A stretch of DNA of 64,000 bases, taken from the IMG/VR virus record IMGVR_UViG_3300010002_000004; one strand, 5' to 3'. Shown here one piece after another: positions 27,701 to 38,499 of the stretch (positions are counted from its first letter, which is position 1; the number at the start of each line of letters is the position of its first letter). Position numbers and translations under genes: made by a program. The notes beneath the pieces were generated by a model, which ran no database searches, was not told the origin of the DNA, and was given only the letters and a program-made list of their open reading frames with translations. The stretch is from a virus.

Positions 27701-30700
27701 ATGGACATGCTTGGATTAGGAATGAAGGTCAACCTGGAGGAGGACATCACCCGAAAAGTTGACCCGATTATCCGGGATTTAGAAAAGTTAAAACGGAGCA
27801 TGAAGGATACCGAGGGAAGCATGAACGACATGTACCGTACCGTGGGAACGGGGACGGACAGATATATGCGTTCCGAGCGTATCCGGGAGATGGCGAGTGC
27901 TCACAAAGGACTCGACCAATCCTTGAACCGAGTGTCCGAGTCATTGATTCGGGCTACATATGCACAAGACAAGTTCAACCGCTCCAATGATGCCTTTAGT
28001 GTCCAACACATCCAACGAGCGATGGGGGAAATGACACGAGCCCAACGTCAACTCGCCCAGTTCGGATTCGGTATGAGTAAGATGCAAGAGGGAATGATGG
28101 AGCAAAAGGCGTACAATGCCATGAAATACTCGCTCCGGGAATTAGAGGATAGAGCGAAGCTGACAGAGAAAGCCCTCAACCAGATGATGAAATCCCCGAA
28201 CGCTAGTCAGTATGCGAAAGAGATTGACGTCGCACGACGTTCCCTCGAAGCGTACAAGAACGAAGCGATGTCCGTCCGGGAAGCACAGAAGAAACTGGCG
28301 AAGGATATGGGACTCGGATTCTCGCAAGTCGGAGGACAACCCGCTATGTACAAGAAAGCGGATTCCCTCAAGCAGAACGTCGGGAACCGTCTCTTTAGTA
28401 GCATGTTCCAGGACGTCGGAGCGATTGCAGGGAACATCGGACGTTATTACGACAACATGGGTAAGAAAATCATTGGAGTCGGATATACAGCGATGGAAGC
28501 CCGTCAGAAAGTCGCCCAACTCTCCGGGAGTCTAATGATGCTCGGGATGGGGATGAGTACAACCGTCACCCTCGGAATCGGGATGGCAGTCGCCGCCCTC
28601 GGGACGTTCATTGCGAAATTCCAGGATGCCAATAACCGGATGCAGGGAAGAACGCTCGCCCCTCAGACTGCCATGTACCAAAAAGGGGGATGGAGTGACA
28701 ACATGAACTCCGTCTGGCAGGAGATGGGACGGGGAGTCAGTAAAGACGATGTAGCGGAAACGATGTCATACGTCAAGAATACATACAGCAGTCAACCGAA
28801 AGTCGTCCAGGGAATGACTAAGTCCGGTCTCCAGTTCAACAAGACATGGGGAGTGGAAGCGAAGGGAGCTATCGACACCGCTAACGACATCACGGAGAAA
28901 TACGGAGTCTCGTATGCCCGTGCGTTAGACATGATGGCAATCGGACTCCAGAAGACGGACGGGGATTTAGGAAAGTTCAACGACAAGATGAAGGAGAACG
29001 CCAACTGGCTTCCGAAGTTAGCGAGCGGGACAGACAATGTCTCAAGCGCCTACGAACGGATGTCGAAAGCGTCGAACTCCGGAGCCGTCGAAGCGGGGAC
29101 ACGTTCCCTCAAAGCAATGGGGATGGCAGTACAGAACTTGTACGAGAACTCCGGAGCGGACGGATTGTTTAGCGGACTCTTCAACGGACTCAGTAGCGGA
29201 TTCAAATCAATCTCGGGATTCCTGGACTCATACCCACTTATTGCTAAAATCGGGGGAGGTTTGATTGCGCTCGGAGGAGGGATGCTTGCATTAGCCGGCC
29301 CTCTTGCACTCGTCGCATCGTTCGGACTCCGCTACAAGGACATGCTGTTCGGAGTACAGCAAGCGTTGTCCATCGGATTCAAAAAAGGGGGAATGGCAGT
29401 ATTAGCCCCTCAAGCGAAGACCGGAGCCCTTGCCGTACAGGGACTCGTTCAAGCGTTCGCTAACCTTCCGGGATTACTGATGCGTACCCCGATGCTGTTA
29501 TTCGGACTCGCACGAGGACTCGGGATGTTCGCCCTTCAAGTAGCAATGGCTAACCCGATGCTTGCCATCGGAGGAGTCGCCCTTCTCGCCTACATGAATA
29601 ACTGGGGAGGTTTCAAGGACTCCATTAACGGGGGAATCGGAACCGTCAAGGAAGCCTGGAAAAACGTCAAGATGCTCGGGGAAGTCGGACAAGGATTCAC
29701 CCTCTCGAAAATGGGACGGGATTTCAACGGATTCGAACGAGCATTAAAAGGCGTCTATACCGGAGCCCAACTGTTCAAGTCCGTTTGGGATAACTTGATG
29801 AGCGGGAACGGACGGATGATTCTATCCGCAGAGCAGTACGAGATGTTCAAGAACCTGGGGATGACCGATGTCGCCCTCAACGTTCAAAAGGCATATAACG
29901 CTGTCTCCGATTTCTTTAGCGGATTCAAGACCGGGTTCGGGGAAGTATACGATTTCGTCGTCGGATTGGCGAAAGACCTGTTCAAACCGATGGAGAAACA
30001 GCTTGACTGGATTATGGACAAGCTAGGACTCGCCGGGAGCTATTCCGAGGGTAACCTGTTCGGGATTGACTGGACGAAAGTCGGAGTCGTCATCGGGGGA
30101 GTCGTTGCGTCACTGATGGCTTTCAAGACGATGTCGTGGCTCGCTACACCATTCGTGAAATTGTTCGGAAGTGTTCGGACGGGAATGGGACTTGTTTCCC
30201 GATTAGCTACCCGACTCAACGGACTCCGTAACCGAGATGTCACCGTAACTGTCCGAGAGCGTCACATCGGAGGGGGAGGACGTGGAGGATATGGAGGAGG
30301 GGGAGGAGCATATGGAGCTCCCGGCTCTCGAACTCCTCGCTCGCAAGGAGGAGGGGGAGGACGTGGTGGAGCCCCTATCATCATTCCAGGTTCGATGAAT
30401 CCGTTCACTCGTGAAGGACGAGGAAATCGTCGTACCGCCCGGAACCAGAAATTTGATGCGAGATATGGCGATTATATGCGCTATATGGACACATTCGAGG
30501 GGATGGGAGACAAACGGAGCGAGAGAGTCCGTAACGCAGACCCGACAACACGTCGAGGACAGCGTACGATAGCCCGTGCGGAGCGTTCCGCAAGAAGAGC
30601 CGACCGGATGGACAACTGGATGGGAACAGGCACTCAGAGACAATCTCAGACGGGAAGAACGAGAACTGGACAACGGCTCACCCGTCAACAAGGGAACTAT

Positions 30701-32776
30701 GCGACGAAACGGGAAGCAACCCGGAAAGTCGGGGGGAACTGGGGAGCGCAGGGAGCTAAAGCAGGAAGAGCTTTCGATAATGCGTTCAACAGAGCGACTC
30801 GTCGTGTAGGAAGTGGAATCGGCAAGAGCATGTCTTCCGTCGGAACCAAGATGTCGAGCAAGGGAGGAACAGCCGGACGTGGGTTCGTCAATCGTTTCGG
30901 GACTGCCTTGAACGGAGTAGGGACACGGGCATCTCGTTCCGCTTCCAGAATCCAGACATCTCGTTTCGCTACGAAAGGGGGAACTGCCGGACGGGGATTC
31001 GTTAACCGATTCGGGACAGCTCTCAACGGAGTAGGAACAAGAGCTTCACGTTCTGCTACGAGAATCCAGGCTTCACGATTCTCTACGAAGGGGGGACAAG
31101 CGGGGAAAGGATTCGTCAACCGCTTTGGAACTGCCTTAAACGGAGTGGGAACTCGTGCGAGTCGTTCCGCTTCCCGGATTCAGACGGGGAGATTCTCGAC
31201 AAGAGGGGGACTTGCCGGACGTGGGTTCGTAAGTCGTTTCGGAACCGCCCTTAATCGAGTAGGAACGATGGCTTCAAGAAGTGCAAGTCGGATTCAGACT
31301 TCCCGCTTTGCGACCCGTGGGGGAACAGCCGGGAAAGGATTCGTATCCCGATTCGGAACTGCGCTTAACCGTGTAGGGACGAAAGCGACCGCTTCTGCAA
31401 GTAAGATTAAGACTTCTGCTTTCTCTAGTGCGGGACGTCGTACTGGTACTGGATTCGGAAATGCGTTCGGGAAAGTTTCCCGGAGCAAGATGACTGCCAC
31501 GAAAACCCTCGGAGGAATCGCTAAAGGTTCTGGACGAATGGGGATGAAAGTCGGTGGACTCCTCACGAAGGGACTCGGGGGAATCGTAATGAAAGGACTC
31601 CCACTCGTCTTCAAGATTGGACTACGTGCGATTCCGATTCTAGGATGGGCGCTCATGGCGTGGGATATTATCTCGACCATCTTCACGAACTGGGACGCTA
31701 TCGTTGCCGGAGCGAAGAAAGCCTGGAACTGGATTAAGAAAGACGGAAAGCAGATGGCAGTTGACGCCTACAACTACATCAAGGACAAGCTCGGGGACGC
31801 CTGGACGTGGGTGCAAGACAAAGCGTCGGAAGCGTGGGATGCCATCAAGGACAAAGCGTCTAGCATGATGGATTCCATCGGGCAATACTTCACTGACCTC
31901 GGAAGCGACATCCTCCAGATTATCACCGATGCGGGAACGCAAGCCTGGGACACGTTCCTGGAACTCGCAAGCTCGGGGATTCTCGGGATTCCACTTAAAT
32001 TCGCGGCTATGGCGATTGACCTCATCTCGCAAGCGTCAAGTGCGGGGACGAGCGTCGGTAGTGCGCTGAAAGACGGAATCATCTCGATGGTTACGGATGC
32101 AGTCGCCCAAGCCGGAAGTCTTATCGCTTCCATCCCTGGAAAGATTGCCGGACTCGGAGGGAAAATCATGTCCGGAGTACGTTCATTAATCCCTGGTAAG
32201 TCTAAAGGGGGAATCGTGAACTCGCCAACTCTCGCTATTACAGGAGAATCCGGCCCCGAAGCAATCATTCCTCTTAGTGGGAACATGAGAGGAACCGCAC
32301 ACAACCTGTTGAAACATGCCGGAGCCGTGCTTGGCTACAACGTGGAGCAGAACGGGAATAAGCCGATGATTAGTCATTCGAAGAGTTTCCACCGGGAAGC
32401 ACACAACCAAAAGTCACCTCTCAAGATGTTCGCACGAGGAGGACTTATCGACCGTCCGACTAATGCGGTTGCAGGAGAAGACGGAGCGGAAGTTATCATC
32501 CCGATGGCAGGGAAGCACCGTGACCGAGCTCGCCAACTCATCGACGAAGCGTCAAGCCGAGTCGGAGGAAAAGGGAAAGGACAGGGAATCGAAACGTTTG
32601 ATAACAGCGTGACGATTCAGAAAATCGAAGTCCACATCCATGGTCAGGATGCCAAGAATGGAGATGCGTCCGCAGATGCGTTCCTCCGAGCCCTCCGCAA
32701 GAAGTTGCAGAGCGAGCGTCGGAAGAAAGGCAAGAACCTTAGCATGGAAGACATGATTCTTGGAATTAACTTGTAA
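27701..32776 (+). CDS. tape measure protein
   Basis: 1691 aa, helical Ala/Gly-rich, hydrophobic segments, Trp periodic repeats, two GG....PT.A..GE.G.E.IIP motifs. Confidence 0.9.
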   Translation: MDMLGLGMKVNLEEDITRKVDPIIRDLEKLKRSMKDTEGSMNDMYRTVGTGTDRYMRSERIREMASAHKGLDQSLNRVSESLIRATYAQDKFNRSNDAFSVQHIQRAMGEMTRAQRQLAQFGFGMSKMQEGMMEQKAYNAMKYSLRELEDRAKLTEKALNQMMKSPNASQYAKEIDVARRSLEAYKNEAMSVREAQKKLAKDMGLGFSQVGGQPAMYKKADSLKQNVGNRLFSSMFQDVGAIAGNIGRYYDNMGKKIIGVGYTAMEARQKVAQLSGSLMMLGMGMSTTVTLGIGMAVAALGTFIAKFQDANNRMQGRTLAPQTAMYQKGGWSDNMNSVWQEMGRGVSKDDVAETMSYVKNTYSSQPKVVQGMTKSGLQFNKTWGVEAKGAIDTANDITEKYGVSYARALDMMAIGLQKTDGDLGKFNDKMKENANWLPKLASGTDNVSSAYERMSKASNSGAVEAGTRSLKAMGMAVQNLYENSGADGLFSGLFNGLSSGFKSISGFLDSYPLIAKIGGGLIALGGGMLALAGPLALVASFGLRYKDMLFGVQQALSIGFKKGGMAVLAPQAKTGALAVQGLVQAFANLPGLLMRTPMLLFGLARGLGMFALQVAMANPMLAIGGVALLAYMNNWGGFKDSINGGIGTVKEAWKNVKMLGEVGQGFTLSKMGRDFNGFERALKGVYTGAQLFKSVWDNLMSGNGRMILSAEQYEMFKNLGMTDVALNVQKAYNAVSDFFSGFKTGFGEVYDFVVGLAKDLFKPMEKQLDWIMDKLGLAGSYSEGNLFGIDWTKVGVVIGGVVASLMAFKTMSWLATPFVKLFGSVRTGMGLVSRLATRLNGLRNRDVTVTVRERHIGGGGRGGYGGGGGAYGAPGSRTPRSQGGGGGRGGAPIIIPGSMNPFTREGRGNRRTARNQKFDARYGDYMRYMDTFEGMGDKRSERVRNADPTTRRGQRTIARAERSARRADRMDNWMGTGTQRQSQTGRTRTGQRLTRQQGNYATKREATRKVGGNWGAQGAKAGRAFDNAFNRATRRVGSGIGKSMSSVGTKMSSKGGTAGRGFVNRFGTALNGVGTRASRSASRIQTSRFATKGGTAGRGFVNRFGTALNGVGTRASRSATRIQASRFSTKGGQAGKGFVNRFGTALNGVGTRASRSASRIQTGRFSTRGGLAGRGFVSRFGTALNRVGTMASRSASRIQTSRFATRGGTAGKGFVSRFGTALNRVGTKATASASKIKTSAFSSAGRRTGTGFGNAFGKVSRSKMTATKTLGGIAKGSGRMGMKVGGLLTKGLGGIVMKGLPLVFKIGLRAIPILGWALMAWDIISTIFTNWDAIVAGAKKAWNWIKKDGKQMAVDAYNYIKDKLGDAWTWVQDKASEAWDAIKDKASSMMDSIGQYFTDLGSDILQIITDAGTQAWDTFLELASSGILGIPLKFAAMAIDLISQASSAGTSVGSALKDGIISMVTDAVAQAGSLIASIPGKIAGLGGKIMSGVRSLIPGKSKGGIVNSPTLAITGESGPEAIIPLSGNMRGTAHNLLKHAGAVLGYNVEQNGNKPMISHSKSFHREAHNQKSPLKMFARGGLIDRPTNAVAGEDGAEVIIPMAGKHRDRARQLIDEASSRVGGKGKGQGIETFDNSVTIQKIEVHIHGQDAKNGDASADAFLRALRKKLQSERRKKGKNLSMEDMILGINL
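30860..31429 (+). repeat. five tandem 114-bp (38-aa) repeats in the tape measure gene
   Basis: Unit KGGTAGRGFVNRFGTALNGVGTRASRSASRIQTSRFAT. Confidence 0.9.
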
Positions 32777-32780
32777 GACT

Positions 32781-32809
32781 GGGACGGGGACATAGCACCC
32801 CGTCTTTTT
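32781..32809 (+). terminator. terminator after TMP
   Basis: GGGACGGGG/CCCCGTCTT stem plus T-run. Confidence 0.7.
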
Positions 32810-32884
32810 GCTGTCAAGATTTATTAGTCAAGGAACCGATTAAGCCGTATAATGGTTATAGTTAACAGGAAAGGAGACGAACAG

Positions 32885-33343
32885 ATGACGAAAAGAACGT
32901 TCAACGCCCCCACGAAGTACGCACGAGTCAAGCTAGGTGGGAAGTCATTATCCGTCAACCCGGAGCTTATCGAGTTCACCAACGGAGCGAGCTACGGAGC
33001 CGTCCCGACCGCAGGAGCCCCTACGCCACGGATTCAGTATCAAGCCGGGAACAATGAGCGGATTGTGTTCCAGGTATATCTTAGCGATTCGGAGTCTGGG
33101 AATGGATATACAGAAGAATGGATTAAGCACATCGACCTATTCCTGCCGGACAAGTCGAAGTATCTCCAGTACGCCCCACCGAGAACGATACAGCTTGCTA
33201 TCGGGCGTAAAGTGTACAACTGCAAACTGGAGGAGCGGAAAATAAGCCTCAACGAAGCGGACAGTGCCTTGAGGTTCACGAAAGCAACCGTGGACATCAC
33301 GCTCGTCGAGATTCCGAAAGCACCACCTCCGATTAAATATTAG
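32885..33343 (+). CDS. tail tube initiator-like baseplate protein
   Basis: NPE....QY..G pattern; synteny; upstream TAGTCA-N17-TATAAT. Confidence 0.6.
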   Translation: MTKRTFNAPTKYARVKLGGKSLSVNPELIEFTNGASYGAVPTAGAPTPRIQYQAGNNERIVFQVYLSDSESGNGYTEEWIKHIDLFLPDKSKYLQYAPPRTIQLAIGRKVYNCKLEERKISLNEADSALRFTKATVDITLVEIPKAPPPIKY

Positions 33344-33358
33344 GAAGGAGAATGAGAC

Positions 33359-33664
33359 ATGGCAGTAATGAGAGATAGCCGTTACGAGAACGAGTATGTG
33401 TTCTATGATGACGAAGACTCCGAGAAGGATTTCATCGACCCTATCCGGGAGACGCAGTTCGGGGAGTCGGGGGAGAGTGACTATCTCATCAAAGTTATCG
33501 AGGGTATGCGACTTGACATCTTAGCGTATCAGAACTACGGGAGCCCTGCCTTGCAATGGGTAATCATGGATGCTAACCCGCAACTCGACGACCCGACCGA
33601 CATCAAGCCGGGGGACGTCTTGACGATTCCCAACCCGGGGAGAGTAGTGAACCGAGATGAGTAG
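33359..33664 (+). CDS. LysM-like baseplate wedge protein (P2 gpX-like)
   Basis: RLDILAYQNYG....WVIMDANP...PGDVLTIP. Confidence 0.8.
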   Translation: MAVMRDSRYENEYVFYDDEDSEKDFIDPIRETQFGESGESDYLIKVIEGMRLDILAYQNYGSPALQWVIMDANPQLDDPTDIKPGDVLTIPNPGRVVNRDE

Positions 33665-34349
33665 TTACAAAGGGTATGAGAATCCCTCTCAGTCTCCCGG
33701 CGTTGTTATTCCCTACTACACCGTTTCCCTCAATGGGAAGTACCTTCCGGATTTTATGCTTGCGAGCATGAAGACCATCCGAGTGACGGAGAGCCGGACG
33801 GAAGCAAACGAGTGTACGATTGAAGTCGAGGATTACTTACATATGTTCCTGGATTCAGACATCGTCAAGAAAGGTGTCACGTTGTCTATCCGGATGGGAA
33901 CGAACACCTACTCCGAGCACAAGTTCAAAGGTAAAATCGTCCATATCGAAGCCGGATACCCGGAGGATGGGAAGACGACCATCACCATCCAGGCGACGGA
34001 CATGAACATGGAGGAAGCGGACAAGAGCCGGAAGCGGACGTTCAAGAAGAAAACGATGGGGGAAATTTTCCGTCAGATGCTCAAGGAGATGGGACTGACA
34101 CCCGTCGTGGACTATAACGGGAAAGTCCAGGAGAAAATCGTCCAGAACGATGAGTCCAATCTGGAGTTCATCAAGCGACATACCCGGAAGCTCAAGCTCA
34201 AGAGTTACAAGATTCGGGGGAACAAGGCGGAGTATTATATCGGGAAGAAACCTTATGTCTACCCGAAACCCCTGTCCATCGGATATAAGGACTTAGGACA
34301 CGAAGTCCGAAGCGCTACCCCTTCTTATGTCAACCTGGAGGAGGAATAA
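33657..34349 (+). CDS. baseplate hub protein (late control D-like), N-terminal part
   Basis: F.GKI, Q.DESNLEFIKR motif. Confidence 0.75.
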   Translation: MSSYKGYENPSQSPGVVIPYYTVSLNGKYLPDFMLASMKTIRVTESRTEANECTIEVEDYLHMFLDSDIVKKGVTLSIRMGTNTYSEHKFKGKIVHIEAGYPEDGKTTITIQATDMNMEEADKSRKRTFKKKTMGEIFRQMLKEMGLTPVVDYNGKVQEKIVQNDESNLEFIKRHTRKLKLKSYKIRGNKAEYYIGKKPYVYPKPLSIGYKDLGHEVRSATPSYVNLEEE

Positions 34350-34352
34350 GGA

Positions 34353-34817
34353 ATGGCTACATATAAAGTAAAACGGGATGACTCGAAAAGTCTTAACGAG
34401 TTCTCCGAGTTCAAGAAAACCCGACTGGAGATGAACATGCAGATGGTTCCCCACGCACGATGGGGAGCGGGAGAGCACTATTTTGTCAAAGGTTTCGGGA
34501 ACGCCCTTTTCACGGGGATGTATCGGTTCGATAAAGTCGTGCATGAGATTTCTGCGGACGGGTATACCGTCGATGTGGATGCCGTCCGAGTCCCGATGCC
34601 GACGAGCACTCCGAAGACGTCGGGGAACAATTCCTCGAACACGAAGCGGAAGAAAGACATCGTCTACATCGTTCGGAAGGACGACAACCTATGGACGATA
34701 CTCAAAAAATACGGACGGAATCCTCTCAAGTACCGGGAACTGGCGAAGTTCAACAAGATTAAGAACCCGCATTTGATTTTCCCGAACGACAAGGTTATCA
34801 TTCCGCCCAACATCTAG
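34353..34817 (+). CDS. hub C-terminal-like domain fused to LysM
   Basis: G.G..FTG.Y....V.H.IS..GY, then YIVRKDDNLW.I...NKIKNPHLIFP. Confidence 0.75.
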   Translation: MATYKVKRDDSKSLNEFSEFKKTRLEMNMQMVPHARWGAGEHYFVKGFGNALFTGMYRFDKVVHEISADGYTVDVDAVRVPMPTSTPKTSGNNSSNTKRKKDIVYIVRKDDNLWTILKKYGRNPLKYRELAKFNKIKNPHLIFPNDKVIIPPNI

Positions 34818-34827
34818 GAGGGAAAGA

Positions 34828-35139
34828 ATGGATTTCGGAAAATGGATAGGAAAATACTTAGCCGAAGTGACGGACGTCGATGACCCCGACAACGGAGACC
34901 GAGTACGAGGGATTCTCCTCCAGTTCCCCGACCTGGGGGAGATGGGATGGGCGTTACCGTGCGTCCCGAAACAGTCAGACAGTCTGAAAGCGACCGCAAA
35001 AACGGGAGATTTAATCTGGATAGAGTTTTTACATGGGGACATGGACTATCCGATTTTTGCAGGATTCGTTCCGGACGAAGTGAAAGAGTTCGTCGAACGT
35101 ACCTACATGGCGATGGAAGGAGACGAAGAGGATGAGTGA
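34828..35139 (+). CDS. baseplate spike OB-fold protein (gpV-like)
   Basis: GKY.A.VTDVDDP, WA.PC, GD.IWIEF.HGD.DYP. Confidence 0.8.
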   Translation: MDFGKWIGKYLAEVTDVDDPDNGDRVRGILLQFPDLGEMGWALPCVPKQSDSLKATAKTGDLIWIEFLHGDMDYPIFAGFVPDEVKEFVERTYMAMEGDEEDE

Positions 35140-35521
35140 TATTTATAAAGGAGTCGCCTTTCCCTTTAGCTTCAACTCACGAGGGGGAGTAAGTACGAGC
35201 ATCTTGAGTCCGAACGATTATTCCCGTATCAAGGAATCCATCGCTCACATCATCACGACCCGCAAAGGGGAATCCCCGATGCGACCGGATTTCGGCACAA
35301 ATGCGGATAACTACATTTTCGAGGATTTCGAGGATGAGACGACCATCGGTATGCTCCGCTACGAGCTAGAGGAAGCGATTGAGCGAGCTGAGCCCCGTGT
35401 CTCCCTCCAGAACCTCAAAGCGTGGAAGGACGAGGGGACGGAGCAGATTATCGTCGAAGTCGAGATTCAGATTATCAAGTTCCAGATTACCGAGACCGTG
35501 ACAGTAGAAATAGCAGAATAA
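35132..35521 (+). CDS. baseplate wedge gp25/gpW-like
   Basis: G.AFPF, I.T.KGE.PMRPDFG, EPRV. Confidence 0.9.
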   Translation: MSDIYKGVAFPFSFNSRGGVSTSILSPNDYSRIKESIAHIITTRKGESPMRPDFGTNADNYIFEDFEDETTIGMLRYELEEAIERAEPRVSLQNLKAWKDEGTEQIIVEVEIQIIKFQITETVTVEIAE

Positions 35522-35530
35522 AGGAGATGA

Positions 35531-36952
35531 TTGAACGTGGCGAAGAACTCGAAAGTGCGTTATGACTATACCGCTCGTGACTATGATGGCTTCATGGACT
35601 TATTCACGAATAACATCGGGAACCTTACCCCGGAGTGGACGGACAAGTCGGAGACGGACATGGGGATGGCTATCCTTTCCCTTAGTGCCGTCGGACTGGA
35701 CATCATGTCCTATCAGATTGACAAAGCGACCCGGGAAAATATCCTTCCCCTTGCGAAGACGAAGCGTTCCATCTTGATGCTAACGAAGTTCCTGGGATAT
35801 AAGATTCAGTGGCAACAAGCATCGACTGGAGCAAGACAGGAATTTGTCAAACGAGCGGGTAAATTGAATTCCGAAGTCGTCATTCCTGCGGGAACGAAAG
35901 TATCGACCAACCCGGAGCTCGGAGGAACGATTGTATTTGAAACGGATAGTACCCTCATCATCCCTCCTGGAGTAGCGAGTGCGACCGTACCTGTCACGCA
36001 AGGGGAGACATACACGGAACTAGATATTGGCGTTTCTTCCGGAGGAGTGTATCAAGTGTTCCTCATTCCCTATATCGACGTACTCAAGGATTCCGTCCTC
36101 ATCGAGACCGAGGAGCGGGGGACAAAGTTTCCCTGGACTCAAGTAGATGACTTCCTGGAGTCTACTCCGAACTCACGGCATTTCACGTTGATGCCTACCG
36201 AGGATTCAGAAGTTCACGTCATGTTCGGGGATGGGAAAGCGGGAATGATTCCGGATTTCGGGAGCCCGGTTTATGCTTCCCTCCGAGTAGGGGGAGGAAT
36301 CAACGGGAACCTTTCCGTCGGGCTTATCAATAACCTAGTTGTCGATAATACAGACATTGATACGACGTCGAACTTGGACGCTACGGAAAACGGGCTTGAT
36401 TTTGAAGACCTGGAGCTCGTGCGGGAAAAAGCACCGAAGCAGAAACGGAGTGGGGGAGTCGCAGTAGTAGCGACCGATTACGAGGATTTAGCGGAACTCG
36501 TTCCCGGAGTCCGTCGAGCCGTTGCCGTGGAAATGTTCAATGCTGTCAACGAGGTTAAGATGTATATCTCAACGATGGACGGAGTACCTTATACCCCGGC
36601 ACTTGCGACGGAGATTAAGAACGAGCTCGTTGCGAACTCCATGCTCAATCAGACCATCACTGTCCTCCCGGTTCAGTACAAGGACATCACGCTCGTCTTG
36701 ACCGTCTACATCTACCCGGACGTTGACCCGGACTTGGTCAAGTTCGAAGTAGAGAACCAGACACGGGACTTCTTCAACCCGAACTCGTTCAAGTTTGCGG
36801 AAACGGTTTACTTAGGACAAGTAGCATCGGAAAACTATCGCATCCAGGGAGTCCAGAACGTCGTCGTGACGACCCCGACTGCAAACATCGTAATGGGAGC
36901 TACGGAATTGCCGAGACTGACGTCATTGACGATTAACGTTGTGGGAGGATGA
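35531..36952 (+). CDS. baseplate J-like protein
   Basis: DYTARDY, PEWTD....D.G, IPAGT.V, FGDG..G.IP, AV...DYE.LA..VPGV. Confidence 0.9.
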   Translation: MNVAKNSKVRYDYTARDYDGFMDLFTNNIGNLTPEWTDKSETDMGMAILSLSAVGLDIMSYQIDKATRENILPLAKTKRSILMLTKFLGYKIQWQQASTGARQEFVKRAGKLNSEVVIPAGTKVSTNPELGGTIVFETDSTLIIPPGVASATVPVTQGETYTELDIGVSSGGVYQVFLIPYIDVLKDSVLIETEERGTKFPWTQVDDFLESTPNSRHFTLMPTEDSEVHVMFGDGKAGMIPDFGSPVYASLRVGGGINGNLSVGLINNLVVDNTDIDTTSNLDATENGLDFEDLELVREKAPKQKRSGGVAVVATDYEDLAELVPGVRRAVAVEMFNAVNEVKMYISTMDGVPYTPALATEIKNELVANSMLNQTITVLPVQYKDITLVLTVYIYPDVDPDLVKFEVENQTRDFFNPNSFKFAETVYLGQVASENYRIQGVQNVVVTTPTANIVMGATELPRLTSLTINVVGG

Positions 36953-37893
36953 GTGGCGTGGAAGTGACTAACACGAAGAAAACAATGGGGGAGCGTCTCT
37001 ATGAGATGACTCCCGTCTCTTATAAGAAATTCGATGCCGACCAGAAACCTACCCCTTACCCTCTCAAGCGGTTCATGCAAATCCTAGATGAGGGAGGATG
37101 GGAACATATCCAGAGCGAGGTTGAGGATATGCGGAATATGTACGACCCGCTCCGGACACCGGAACGGAACCTCGACATATTAGCGGAGATTATGGGATTC
37201 CGCTTCCCGATTACGACCGTACAGGATGGACAGGGAGGGGAGGTTTCCATCTTCCTCACACCGGACGAGAAACGGCAGTTTCTTTCCCTGCTTCCGACCT
37301 TGTACGAGAACAAAGGGACGCCCCGAGTGTTCTACTTCCTGGGACGAAACATTTTCGGAGCGGATACGTCCGTCGTCCCGGAATGGATTCCCCGGACAGT
37401 CAGTTCTTCCGGAAAACATACCATCAACTTGAATGTAGCCGTCGATGATGGCGTGTTGAATCTGGGAGCGAAAGCGGAACGGTACAGGATGTTTGCGGAC
37501 AAGTTCCGCCCCGTCAACAATATCATCAACGTAACACTCCAGATTATCTATTACGATGATTACTTAGCAACCCCAACGGATACAGTCGTTGACACGTACC
37601 GGGATTTCATCACGGAGACGTATGCTTCCGGCTCGATTGTGGAAAGTTCAATTGAGAGCTTGTCGGATGTAGCAGTCGAGACGTATAATAGTGGTAGCAT
37701 TTCAGAGAGTGACACCATTCTTCTCCAGGAAGTTCAGACGGAAACCTATGCTTCCGCAAGCATCCTGGACGGAGCGACGGACGTCATTCAGAACCTCGGG
37801 ACACGTTTGACACGTAACTACTCGGGAAACAAACTCACTCGGGGATTCCGCTTGACGAAACCGTACAGCGAAGTCACACGCCCGGCATACTAA
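36949..37893 (+). CDS. baseplate wedge protein (P2 gpI-like)
   Basis: DP..TP...L..LA..MG, LY..KGT. Confidence 0.75.
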   Translation: MSGVEVTNTKKTMGERLYEMTPVSYKKFDADQKPTPYPLKRFMQILDEGGWEHIQSEVEDMRNMYDPLRTPERNLDILAEIMGFRFPITTVQDGQGGEVSIFLTPDEKRQFLSLLPTLYENKGTPRVFYFLGRNIFGADTSVVPEWIPRTVSSSGKHTINLNVAVDDGVLNLGAKAERYRMFADKFRPVNNIINVTLQIIYYDDYLATPTDTVVDTYRDFITETYASGSIVESSIESLSDVAVETYNSGSISESDTILLQEVQTETYASASILDGATDVIQNLGTRLTRNYSGNKLTRGFRLTKPYSEVTRPAY

Positions 37894-37905
37894 GGAGGAA
37901 CAAGG

Positions 37906-38499
37906 ATGAAGCAAAGTTTAGTCGAAGATGTAATGGATACCTCGCATTTCAAAGGGGAAGTCGAGGACGTCATCACGTTCGTTAAGGATGGCAGTATCAC
38001 GTTATCAGACGGGACAGTCGTCCAGGGAGTAGCAGGAGAAGTCGTGAACCTGGGAATCGGATATAACACCGTCGTCGATAATGCGTCTCGCTTAATTGCG
38101 GCACTCATTAAAAACCACACGGGATACAAGGGAGCCCTTTTCTGGGAAGTTGGGAGCGGGGATGTAAGTTGGAGTGATACGGCTCCACCATCTCCTGCTA
38201 AAACGGATTTCAAACTCCTCACACCTACTTTCCGGAAAGCGATTCAGTTAGCGGACATCTCGTTCATCGACAACTCGAACGTCGTGACTGCAACCGTGAC
38301 GAACCGGATTCAGATTAAGGTGAAATTCCTCTTCAACGAAGCGAATGGAGCTTTACGGGAATTCGGTATTTTCGGAGGGGGAACGGATTGTGTCGTCGGA
38401 ACGCTCGGAAGCGGACTGATGATTAACCGGAAGACCCACGGACTTATCTTTAAGACCGACACGGTCGAGCTCGAAAGAACGTTGAGGTTCAGCTTCTGA
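37906..38499 (+). CDS. tail fibre attachment/proximal protein
   Basis: N.VV, VGSG, EANG.LREFGIFG, K.....L motifs. Confidence 0.65.
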   Translation: MKQSLVEDVMDTSHFKGEVEDVITFVKDGSITLSDGTVVQGVAGEVVNLGIGYNTVVDNASRLIAALIKNHTGYKGALFWEVGSGDVSWSDTAPPSPAKTDFKLLTPTFRKAIQLADISFIDNSNVVTATVTNRIQIKVKFLFNEANGALREFGIFGGGTDCVVGTLGSGLMINRKTHGLIFKTDTVELERTLRFSF

